From Macrostomum lignano (lineage: Eukaryota): a stretch of 64,000 bases of DNA. The DNA lies in the NCBI GenBank assembly GCA_002269645.1, contig NIVC01000023.1, positions 620,001 through 684,000 on the forward strand, written 5' to 3'. Below, in pieces: positions 36,401 to 47,989 of the stretch; within the stretch, counting starts at the first letter, position 1, and the number at the start of each line of letters is the position of its first letter. The position numbers and the translations under genes are program-made. The notes under the pieces were generated by a model. The model was not told where the DNA came from. It worked only from the letters and a program-made list of their open reading frames with translations, and ran no database searches.

Positions 36401-39400
36401 GTTTGGGCGGCTCTAAAGAGTTGATTGTTGATACAAGTTTATTCTCCGTTGTCTCCTTGATCAGACTCGGAACGAGCAGCTTCTCTAAGTCTATCATAGC
36501 TAACAGGTGCATTAATAAGAAGCATGATGTATTCACTGTTTCTGGAAAAAATTCTTTGAAGAAGAAGTTCACCGATGGCAGCATCGAGCTTGCATGGATG
36601 CTACCAGAGGAAAATGACAAGTCGGGGCTGCCAGGTGCTGTTTGTGTGTTGAACTTGCGAGTCGATGCCATGAAGCACTCTGAGCAGAGGGACTTTCTTG
36701 CATCTGTCTCATCGTACGTAATTGTGGTTCTTCCTGGTGAGGATTACCGGCACTCGGATGAGTATTCGAAGGCGCTTCAGCAACTATACCTCAGTAAAAC
36801 TCGATTAGTAATTCTGGTGACCACACCTACTATTCCTAAGTTTTTACGAGAACTCCAGCAGACATTTAAGACTTCTGATGAAAAACATAAATTGGAACTT
36901 TTACGCTTGAAGTGGACTGACGCAGAAAATTCTACTATTGTGTGCCTAGACGAGTCCGATATAGCTGCCATGCTGAAGGAAGTGATGTTTGACGTTCAGC
37001 GCAAAGCTATTTTTTCTGAAGAGCTTACCTCACTTGCCTGCTTTAGAGCATTTGGGCAGAGAATGAAGTGGATCTTGGATGATGCAACTGACCAGGTTGG
37101 CGGACCCATTGAGAGCGCTCAGTGCTTGTTTGAAAATATTTGCAATCTTTCAGACGACTTAGCTGCTATCAAGCGGAAATTCCTTCCCCTACAGGGTAGA
37201 CTCTGCATCGAAATTTCGCAACGAAAAAAGCAGCGCTTTCGAAAGAACAGAAACATGGTGGGCGATGAGAAGTCTCATTGGGTTGGAAAGATGGACGCTG
37301 AAATACAAGAGATGAGGCGAGAGCAAATCATTCTCCTGCAAAAACAACTCGAAGATTATCCTCAATTAATGCCGGCTTTTCTAAATTTCACGCAGTCGTC
37401 AAATCCGGTTGAAGTTTTTCTGCAACAGTTGGCCATTAAACTGAATGCATTGTCCATCGACAAAATGACTGTTTTTCGAAGAGAATTGGAAAGCATTTGG
37501 CAGAAGATTTTGAAGAGTGAAGACACGACTCTCAAGAGCAAAGAACATTTTCTTGAGATGGAGAACGTCCTCAACGATGCCTCATTCGGTCTGGAGCACA
37601 TATTTCGAGAAGTAGGACAAATTTATGAAGCCATTATAAGCAACGCTGCTCTCTCAGCTCAGAACCAGGAGTTCACATGGAGCCTTGCACGATTTGCGGC
37701 TAATTTGCTTCTTCAGGGCCACGCATTGGAAATTATTGATGGTGACACATCCTCTGTTGCAACCATGTGGCTGCAAGCAGTTCTCAACCAAGTTGAGGAT
37801 ATCGTTGGAGCAAAGCGTCTGCTTGTTTTGTCGGTTCTTGGAATCCAGAGCTCAGGAAAGTCCACTCTACTCAACACCATGTTTGGCCTGCGGTTTCCTG
37901 TCAGTGCTGGCAGGTGCACCAGGGGCGCTTTCATGCAGCTTGTGAGGAACGAGCCTGAAGAGTCCGGTCTCAATGTCGATTATGTTGCCGTGGTGGACAC
38001 GGAGGGCCTCCGGGCTCCAGAACTTGGTGGAGGCATGAAGGAACACGACAATGAGCTGGCCACCATGGTGATTGGCTTGGCAGATGTCGTTCTCATCAAC
38101 ATCATGGGTGAGGGCTTGTCAGAGATTAGTGATGTTCTTCAAATTGTTGTCCACGCGTTCATCAGGATGAAGATGGCTTTCAAAAGCGTTCTGTTAGGCA
38201 AGGGGTGCATATTTCTGCACCAGAATGTTGCTGCCGTTGATTCTGTAGAGAGACTTCGGAGTGCCAGCAGCCGCCTGCTTCTCGAGCTTAACAAGACTGT
38301 AGAAACAGCCGCCGGAGAGGAAGGAGCTGCTGATCTGAAGCGCTTCACTGATATCATTGACTTCGACCCAGACGAGGATGTGTGCTACTGGCCCCATCTG
38401 TGGGAAGGCAGTCCCCCAAACGCTCCGGTGAACCCTGACTACAGTAGAAAAGCGCAGCAAGCGCGAGAGAAGATTTTAAAAAAGTTAAAACAATTTGAAA
38501 GTTCTAAAATGTCCTTTAAAAACTTGTCAATCCGATTTTGCGATCTATGGGACGCCGTACTAAAAGAAGACTTTGTGTTTAGCTTTCAAAATACTCTTGA
38601 GCTGAAAGCGTACAAAGAAGTTGAGTGCAAGTTTACAGGAATTTCCTTCAACTTTGAAAGCTGCATCAGTGACTGGGTCAGGTCTTATGGTGCCGTGAAA
38701 ATGCGTCAGTGTGGAAAAATCGATCGTCTCGAGGTGCAGTTGAACGGAATCGAGCAGCTTCTGCGTGCAAAAATGCAGAAAGAGAAAGAGACTGCTCAGC
38801 ATGAGCTCACGGAGTTTCTTGCCGGACACGAGCTCAGTCACATCTCAAAAAAATGGGAGCAAGAGCGACTCAATAATCTCGAGACTTCCAGCAGGCGAAT
38901 AGAGGAGTCCAGCATGCAGATGCTGCAAGGTCTCAAAGAGGAGCAGAGAGTGACACTCGTTACCACTGTCACAATGGACGCGTACCAGAGAGACATTCTG
39001 AGTCGGGCGAGGACACTGGCGGAAAGAACGAAGGGGGAGCAGGTCGGTGAAGAGCAGAAGACGGAAGAGTTTGAGAAAATGTGGAACCTTTTTGTTGGCC
39101 AGGTGACAACGAAGGAAGAAATTCAATGGACTGCTCCTTGCGAAGCTGAGAAAGCAGTTAAGGAGGAGTTCAGAGATGTTCAGTCTACCACATTGGATGA
39201 AGAAATCAGTCGCTTAAAAGCTCATAAGGACGCAATTTTTTTTCGTTTTATACTTTGGGGAACTTTCCAGGAAAGCTACGTGCTTGATGAGCACTACAGC
39301 TATTCTAAACCACTTACGGCTCGTATAGGTTTAAAAAAAAGACTTCCTCAAAATGTGCACAAAGACTTGTGGCAGTCGCCAACATTGCTCTAGCCAAAAT

Positions 39401-40868
39401 TGATGCGCTGTTACAGAAACGAACTGAAAGGCATATGGAGAGACACATCGTTGATAAGTCAGACTTTCAGCGTTTCGTTAGAGATATTAGAAATGAAAAT
39501 TAAAATTATAACAAAAGTGGTCTAAATGGTAAAAAAGAGCCCTCAGTAAAAGCCACACAATCATTTGAGGTGAGCCTCAGCATTCACGCATGCAGTCATG
39601 CGTTGGCTATATTCGAGGCCTGGAACAATCAGTACCAGCAGCAGCACGGCATCGCTGCAAAGATTCGTGAGTTCAAGAGCGTGGCGTTTTCCTGCTTCTC
39701 AAAAAGACTTCAACAAGAGACAGAAGAGGTCATTGCAGCCGATCTCTTTGCTGCCGTTATCAAGCAGGAGATCAGCAAGAAAGTCATCAAGGAAAAATGC
39801 TCGAAGGTCCTGAAATCTGTCTACGGCGACTTTGACCAGACAAAGCTTCATCTGATCATTCAAATTATGGAGAGCCTGGCTGACAGAGAAATTTTCGAAG
39901 ATTTTATCTTCTTCATTTGGGACAGCAAAAATTTTGCTAGGAAGTGGCTGGCTGATTACATCACAGGAACAATGTTTTCTCCCACTTCCAACAACACCAT
40001 CAAGTATAACGCGCTCATGAAAGAACTTATTGCTCCTCTTACCGAGTCAGTGAAGGACTCAGTGCACCAGGCGTCAGAGGATCTGCAAGCTGAGCTCACC
40101 AGAAATCCAGTTGCCAACAGACTCTTTGCAAAATGGATGCAAACATTTTGCGCCTCAGATTTGAAACTCGGTCTGAGCATCGAAATATTCGCTCATATCG
40201 ATGAGGACTCAATCTCTGATCCACAGAACTTCGAACGCTTGCTGTTGGGACGGCTGGAAGTCATGGAGTCGGAACTGCAAGCTGAGCACAGCGTCGAAAA
40301 TAAGGCGCAACTTGAATGGGTCGGAGAAGCACCATACGATGTTCTTCTGAACAGACTCTGGGGATGCCCGGAGCAGTGCTCATTCTGCGGTGAGCCCTGC
40401 TCCAACAGCTCGGAAGGCCACCACATCGGAGAATCCAAGTGGAGCCACATGTGCATCCAGCACAGACCGGCCGGAGTCACAGGCACGAGAGCGAACCAGA
40501 TGGGCAACGAGTTGGCTCTCACCATGTGCAACTTCGATATTCAAACAGGACAAAACTTTAACTGCGGTGCCGTCAGCTACAAGTGCAGGCAGTCGGGCAG
40601 CTGCAACAGCGGAGGTCCGGATAGCGAAAGCCTAACTTACGTTTTTCACCAGTATAAAGACTTCAAGTCTTTTTTCCCGGACTGGAAAATCGCGCCAGAC
40701 TCGTCGAATACGTCGTCGCCGTACTGGATGTGGTTCATGAGCCGCTTCAGCGAGGAGCTTCAGCGCCACTACGACTGCGATCCGCTGAATTTTCCCGAGT
40801 CCTGGCGCCAGATTTCTGCTGAGCAGGCCAAGGCCAGCCTCTCTGTGTACTCCCTGGAACACGCGTGA
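33445..40868 (+). CDS. GVIN1: Very large inducible GTPase (GVIN1/URGCP family), intronless, about 2474 aa if repaired; frameshift at the A8 run 39333-39340 and in-frame TAA at 39501
   Basis: VLIG G-domain motifs: VLSVLGIQSSGKSTLLNTMFG, SAGRCTRGAFMQL, VDTEGLRAPEL, HDNELAT, FLHQNV, YWPHLWEGSPPNAPVNPDYS. The URG4-like region reads CKLAIPLL. The C-terminus reads GCPEQCSFCGEPC...HRP...PYWMWF...PESW. The ATG at 33445 follows an acceptor ending at 33381. Whether the gene is intact or a pseudogene is unresolved. Confidence 0.88.
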
Positions 40869-41616
40869 CCCGTCCCTACTTGTGAAAAAATCAGAACTTT
40901 AAAAGTCTGAATAACTTTCAGTTCAGCCTACGAACCCGTTTTATGAAGACGTTCATGAATTGAATTTCCCCCAGTATGTATTTGCATCGGTTGCTACGAG
41001 TGGCGATCAGAGGGTTCAAAAACAAGCCTAAAAACAATGGAGCTCGATTGAACATAAACTTATGTTTATTCAAGTGGCTGGTTGAGGAACGTAGTACATA
41101 AATCCGTGACCAGATGGCCTGCACTCGACAAATTTATGTGTTTTATCTACTTTCAGTTAAATAGAAAGCAGGGCTTACTCAATACTAGTGACGTGAAACA
41201 ACAAATGTTGGAGCCCATTTTTTAGTATATTTTTGTCGAAGTCAGCAAGTTTGTGTCTGTAGTGAAACTAAGTTATCAATAGATTCAGCCTCCGACGTTT
41301 GTCGTTTCTTGTTGTTCCTAATATTGAATAGTCACTAAGTAGAAAGTTAAGCAGAACTTTCTGTTTATATATCTGTAATAACAAATTACTTATTTTATTT
41401 CATTGTACATATATTTTAGAGCAGAACTCATTAGTCCCTTTACGCCTAATCCCTCCGGTTTCGTGTTTCCACACAAAATTTTCACCCTATTCCCCGGCCT
41501 CAATTTTTATTCCCTTCATCGGGTTTATTTTCACAGTGGTGCTCAGTAAAGCATAGTGGCTGCACCAATGCATCTAGCAAGTTGTTTCCGTCTAAAAGAA
41601 ACCATTGAGTTGCTGG

Positions 41617-44210
41617 GTTACTCTATTAGACTCATGTGTTTATCAATTTGCCTGTTTACTTACTCTATTAGACTCATGTGTTTATCAATTTGCCTGTTTA
41701 CTTACTCTATTAGACTCATGTGTTTATCAATTTGCCTGTTTACTTACTCTATTAGACTCATGTGTTTATCAATTTGCCTGTTTACTTACTCTATTAGACT
41801 CGTGTGTTTATCAATTTGCCTGTTTACTTACTCTATTAGACTCATGTGTTTATCAATTTGCCTGTTTACTTACTCTATTAGACTCATGTGTTTATCAATT
41901 TGCCTGTTTACTTACTCTATTAGACTCGTGTGTTTATCAATTTGCCTGTTTACTTACTCTATTAGACTCATGTGTTTATCAATTTGCCTGTTTACTTACT
42001 CTATTAGACTCATGTGTTTATCAATTTGCCTGTTTACTTACTCTATTAGACTCGTGTGTTTATCAATTTGCCTGTTTACTTACTCTATGTCCGTGTGTTT
42101 ATCAATTTGCCTGTTTACTTACTCTATTAGACTCGTGTGTTTATCAATTTGCCTGTTTACTTACTCTATTAGACTCATGTGTTTATCAATTTGCCTGTTT
42201 ACTTACTCTATTAGACTCGTGTGTTTATCAATTTGCCTGTTTACTTACTCTATTAGACTCGTGTGTTTATCAATTTGCCTGTTTACTTACTCTATTAGAC
42301 TCGTGTGTTTATCAATTTGCCTGTTTACTTACTCTATTAGACTCGTGTGTTTATCAATTTGCCTGTTTACTTACTCTATTAGACTCGTGTGTTTATCAAT
42401 TTGCCTGTTTACTTACTCTATTAGACTCATGTGTTTATCAATTTGCCTGTTTACTTACTCTATTAGACTCGTGTGTTTATCAATTTGCCTGTTTACTTAC
42501 TCTATTAGACTCGTGTGTTTATCAATTTGCCTGTTTACTTACTCTATTAGACTCGTGTGTTTATCAATTTGCCTGTTTACTTACTCTATTAGACTCATGT
42601 GTTTATCAATTTGCCTGTTTACTTACTCTATTAGACTCATGTGTTTATCAATTTGCCTGTTTACTTACTCTATTAGACTCATGTGTTTATCAATTTGCCG
42701 GTTTACTTACTCTATTAGACTCATGTGTTTATCAATTTGCCTGTTTACTTACTCTATTAGACTCATGTGTTTATCAATTTGCCTGTTTACTTACTCTATT
42801 AGACTCGTGTGTTTATCAATTTGCCTGTTTACTTACTCTATTAGACTCGTGTGTTTATCAATTTGCCTGTTTACTTACTCTATTAGACTCATGTGTTTAT
42901 CAATTTGCCTGTTTACTTACTCTATTAGACTCATGTGTTTATCAATTTGCCTGTTTACTTACTCTATTAGACTCGTGTGTTTATCAATTTGCCTGTTTAC
43001 TTACTCTATTAGACTCATGTGTTTATCAATTTGCCTGTTTACTTACTCTATTAGACTCATGTGTTTATCAATTTGCCTGTTTACTTACTCTATGTCCGTG
43101 TGTTTATCAATTTGCCTGTTTACTTACTCTATTAGACTCATGTGTTTATCAATTTGCCTGTTTACTTACTCTATTAGACTCATGTGTTTATCAATTTGCC
43201 TGTTTACTTACTCTATTAGACTCGTGTGTTTATCAATTTGCCTGTTTACTTACTCTATTAGACTCATGTGTTTATCAATTTGCCTGTTTACTTACTCTAT
43301 TAGACTCATGTGTTTATCAATTTGCCTGTTTACTTACTCTATTAGACTCGTGTGTTTATCAATTTGCCTGTTTACTTACTCTATGTCCGTGTGTTTATCA
43401 ATTTGCCTGTTTACTTACTCTATGTCCGTGTGTTTATCAATTTGCCTGTTTACTTACTCTATGTCCGTGTGTTTATCAATTTGCCTGTTTACTTACTCTA
43501 TGTCCGTGTGTTTATCAATTTGCCTGTTTACTTACTCTATGTCCGTGTGTTTATAAATTTGCCTGTTTACTTACTCTATGTCCGTGTGTTTATAAATTTG
43601 CCTGTTTACTTACTCTATGTCCGTGTGTTTATAAATTTGCCTGTTTACTTACTCTTTGTCCGTGTGTTTATCAATTTCCTTGTTTACTTACTCTATGTCC
43701 GTGTGTTTATCAATTTGCCTGTTTACTTACTCTATGTCCGTGTGCTTATCAATTTGCCTGTTTACTTACTCTATGTCCGTGTGTTTATCAATTTCCTTGT
43801 TTACTTACTCTATGTCCGTGTGTTTATCGATTTCCTTGTTTACTTACTCTATGTCCGTGTGTTTATCAATTTCCTTGTTTACTTACTCTATGTCCGTGTG
43901 TTTATCGATTTCCTTGTTTACTTACTCTATGTCCGTGTGTTTATCAATTTCCTTGTTTACTTACTCTATGTCCGTGTGTTTATCGATTTCCTTGTTTACT
44001 TACTCTATGTCCGTGTGTTTATCAATTTCCTTGCTTGCTTACTCTATGTCCGTGTGTTTATCAATTTCCTTGCTTGCTTACTCTAGGCCTATGTGTTTAT
44101 TGATTGCCTTATTTACTTACTTAATGTCTGTGTGTTTATTAACTACCTTGTTTACTTACTCTATGTCCGTGTGTTTATCGATCGTCTTGATACTTACTCT
44201 ACATGTATGT
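41617..44210 (+). repeat. 2.6-kb polar minisatellite: 42-bp units switching to 39-bp units
   Basis: TTACTCTATTAGACTC(A/G)TGTGTTTATCAATTTGCCTGTTTAC runs to about 43375. TTACTCTATGTCCGTGTGTTTATCAATTTGCCTGTTTAC follows and decays toward 44210. Confidence 0.95.
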
Positions 44211-44374
44211 CCGTGTCTTTATTTTTTGCCCTATTTATTTACTTCACAGGTGAGCTTGTTCACAGGCACTATTAAAGCGAGCTAACAGAACTACAAAAAA
44301 ATTTAAATGTTAATCTCGATATTGTTTTGCCCATGACAATATCATCAGCTCACCTGGATGAAAATTAATCTCGA

Positions 44375-44453
44375 CAAGTAGTATGAAGACGCACACGTCT
44401 TTTAGCCACCAGTGAACGGGCTTCTTTTTAGACGTGGGTCTTCATACTACTTG
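44375..44453. other. 79-nt hairpin (pre-miRNA-like or tiny MITE)
   Basis: Perfect 16-bp arms CAAGTAGTATGAAGAC / GTCTTCATACTACTTG, continued by CACGTCT/AGACGTG and an inner AGCC/GGCT pair. Confidence 0.5.
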
Positions 44454-44499
44454 ATAAACCTAGTTTTGTACCGATGAAAAAGAACTTTGAGAAGCTCAA

Positions 44500-44690
44500 G
44501 AAAAATGTAATTCTCTACTTCTCCTATTTTCTCTCTTTGTCTGTTCTGTTTCTCTCCTCTCTAATCTCTCTCTCGTCTTATTTCTTATCTCCTCTTTTCT
44601 CCCTCTATTCTCTTTCATTTTCTCTCTCCGTCTCATCTGACCCGCAGCCATAAGCTGGAATCTTCTATAATAGGCCATCGAAGGCTTCGA
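44500..44690 (-). mobile_element. Short fragment of the CT-rich Helitron-like repeat
   Basis: A CT tract followed by TCTCATCTGACCCGCAGCCATAAGCTGGA matches CTCATCTGCCCTGCAGCCATAAGCTTGA at about 1501. Confidence 0.5.
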
Positions 44691-45759
44691 TCTAAAAAAA
44701 TTGTCTGAAGTCTCCAGAGCGGCACTGCACTTACCTGCCATCTAGTGTCTTTTAGCTGTCTAAATCTCGAATTCATAGCCGAATAGAAGGGACGCTGCTG
44801 GGACTAAGATCGCATTGGCCATGCAGGGACAAAGAGGACTTTTGCAGGGGATTCTTGCGCTGGCGAGCCTTTCATACACTACTAAAAGTACTATTTCATT
44901 ACCAAATTCCCAGAAGTACATGTATAAGTACACGTAACTGCACGCTTTTGGCACTAAATGTGTTAACACGTCGACAGATAACGATGATGTATGTATTGTT
45001 ACTTTTGAAGACCTTCAGACTAATATTTATCTCGTTTTAGCCGCTTAGCTGCCTGAGACCGCGCGAAAGCGCCAGTCTGGCACTTAATTCGCATGCTTAT
45101 CACGATTTCTGAGATTGACTGATTGACTGGGAACTGTGCCGCTTCCGGTCCACCGTGACCTCTGCCTCTAGATCTAGTCGCTCATCTCAGCTGGCATTGC
45201 GAAAAAGGAAAGAAAACGCTAAGTCTTTAACTTCCAGATTTAACTTTCTCACTTAATCCGCAATCCTAAACACTTTAGATTGAGTTAGAGCGAATGGCTA
45301 CTTTTAATATTAACTGACACTTCTACCTCGAGATTGGCACACAAAAGCATCAAGTAAGCAAAAGTGCAAATCCTATCGGACTACCTAGGAAGGGGTCAAT
45401 CAAAGGGCGCACCCAGTCAAAAAGGTCAAGAGAGCCTCTCACCAAACCAATCAGAGGATCTATATCTGCCGGTAGCCAAGGAATCCACAGAGACCGAAGC
45501 GCTCAGACGGGATGCTGCTGCCGATCTTGACTGATGCGTGACGCCGTTGCTCTTCACTTGCCGGTTGTCGTTGCTGCTCTTAGATCATTACTGCCGGGAG
45601 ATATTGATGATGCTTCTCAGGGGGAACTTAGCTGTTCAAGCCGAAACTGCCGAGGGAAGGGGGATCAGGTCGGCAGGACCGCAGGGAGAAGAGCCTGAAG
45701 GCAGTATCAGGCCAAGTCAAGCTCCCCAGAAGGCCTTTTTCGAGCGCGGGTCGAGTTGC

Positions 45760-45900
45760 CGCCTTATATAACTCTCATGCGGCCGATTTGTTATAACGCG
45801 CGCCGAATTTTCTGATTGGCTGAGAGCTTTTGCTAAAATAGGCGCCAAATTTTCTGATTGGTCGAGCCGTCGTGGGCAGTCAGGTCGACTCTGATTGGCT
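45760..45900 (-). promoter_or_regulatory. Orphan triple-CCAAT plus TATA promoter-like element
   Basis: TCTGATTGG (CCAATCAGA on the minus strand) has ATTGG at 45815, 45857 and 45894. TTATATAA is at 45764-45771. Confidence 0.35.
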
Positions 45901-46154
45901 GAGCTCAAGACCCCAAAACCCACCCCACCTGTGACCTTCAGACCCCAGGGAAGATGACAGGTGCGGTCATAAATCATAAGCAAAACATAATAAAAGCCAC
46001 TTGTCTAGACACCCTGGCGCCAAAAGTGACAGCAAAACACCCATAAATTAAAGGAGAAAGTAACAGAGCGAGTGGGGAGAAAGCTGGAAAGACCTCTTTG
46101 ACCCAGACAGGCTGGAGCCAAAAGTGACAGCTAGACCGCCATAAATCACTGAAA

Positions 46155-46750
46155 ACAGTGAAAAAGCCGCAAATCTGGGGGTCAGAATGGGGGTTGAAAC
46201 CATTCCTCCTAGACTTAGTGTCGCCCGTCTAGACTGCTAGAGGTCAATCCGTCTCAAACCCAGACAGTCTGACCTTCAAAGATGCGTAAACAATCCAAAA
46301 TTAGAATCCTAAGAGAAGTACATTGAGTATTTATCATAGTTAATAGTGATGGCATATATTAGTGTAGAACTTAGCCTGGATGAGAGAATGGAGAGAGATT
46401 CCTAAGCTAGCCTACTGACAGTAGGGGAAAAGCGCATCGAAGCGAATTGTGCGGTTTTAAGCTTGAAAAAAGATGCGTCACTCATCACCTTATTTAAATA
46501 CTTTAAATTGGTTGTTTCGTTGTTAGTCGTCACTTTTCGTCCAAAAATACCGTAAAAAATTCTGGCGCGCTTTCAAATACTTTATCTTTTACAATAACGA
46601 GTTGTAAATCGTTTTTATAAACTTCTATTTCGAAAATTTCTACAAATACATTGCCCTATAAATACCGCAATACAGTGAAAAAGCCGCAAATCTGGGGGTC
46701 AGAATGGGGGTTGAAACCATTCCTCCTAGACTTAGTGTCGCCCGTCTAGA
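46155..46750. repeat. Identical 79-bp direct repeats, 517 bp apart
   Basis: ACAGTGAAAAAGCCGCAAATC...GTCGCCCGTCTAGA at 46155-46233 and 46672-46750. Confidence 0.9.
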
Positions 46751-46860
46751 ACAGGCTATTGGCCAAACAGGCTAATTGCCTGAACCAAATTCTTACTACT
46801 ACTACGGCGGCCATTTCACCCGTCCAGTTCGGATGGGTTGGACGGGTGTTGGGCATGTAA

Positions 46861-47030
46861 TAGACTTTTGCAGCTTTCCTGTGTTAGAGACATTATAACA
46901 AGTTTTGAAGCATAGAATTAGTGCTTAATCAGGCTTAAGTCTCTTAAAAATATTTATTTGTACCTAAAATAGTTCGTAGATTACTTTTCTGGAGTCAAAA
47001 TAATTTAACAAACGAAACTTAACAATTGCT
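46861..47030. repeat. Solo copy of the 2982-3692 inverted-repeat arm
   Basis: CATTATAACAAGTTTTGAAGCATAGAATTAGTGCTTAATCAGGCTTAAGTCTCTTAAAA matches 3546-3604, with flanking similarity. Confidence 0.8.
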
Positions 47031-47989
47031 GATTGCTTGAATGCTCACTGCTCAGCCTCAGCCTACAAAAGATAATTTAGAAATGGCCTAGCCACATATT
47101 GCCACTGCCATATCTTAAAATTGCGCAAGTTTAAATATTTGCTCGTGGTAGGCCTAACTAAAGCAGTCATTATCTTTTGTAAAATAATTAAATGTGCAAA
47201 ATTTAGGATTGCTAGCTACCTAAATTGTAGCTAAAACTGGCATTTATACTATTGGGTTTTAGACTTATGTTATCTATATACCTAGCCTTTGCTTTTGCTA
47301 TAACCTGTGGGCCTTGCTATTGTATTGTATAAGGCTAAATTCATTGCAAAAATGCTAGATTAGACTTCTAAAGATATAGGTCTACTTTGTCATTATATTA
47401 GGCCCCTAGGCCTTGTTTGTTTTAATAATAAAAAAAGGGCAAGACCTAAGAAGTATGATCAAGCATTTAATTTTTTATTATTTTCTGATATAAAAATCTG
47501 GTAGGCCTAGCCTATCAAAAATAAAACCATGATCCAAAATCTAGGTACCTTGGCAGCTAATTTTTTTGCATCTTAAGTTCAAATATTTTTTTTTATAAAA
47601 ATTAAAATGTTTTCTTATTAAATAGACTATTTGTAAAAACTTTTGTTTGTTAAAACATTTGTCCATAGCTTATTTGTTTATTTAAAAAGGTTCTTATAGA
47701 AATAATAATCAAAGACCATGTAACTCTTATATTATTATACTTATTATATATGCAATTATTATATTATTATACTATATTACACAAGCTGTTAAAACCCACA
47801 GATTTTGAACCCGAGGAATTTAAATCTCCAGAACTATTTTTGCATGTAGTCAAAATCTGAGGTCCAACTCAAACAAAAAATGTTAATAGTTAAGATAGAG
47901 TTAAATATAAAATAGAGTACATTTGTGTAAAATTAGGATTTAAGGCAAAGATTGATATTGTTGGCTAGGGTGCTGCGCAGAATATTAGG

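Noticed and set aside
41556-44285. 666- and 832-aa Cys/Leu-rich repeat ORFs
   Set aside because: 42- and 39-bp units are multiples of 3 and stop-free in two frames by chance. Variation between units shows no coding constraint.
46015-46030. TGGCGCC primer-binding-site-like word
   Set aside because: The match to a tRNA 3' end stops after 7 nt, it is not preceded by an LTR-ending CA, and there is no gag or pol nearby.
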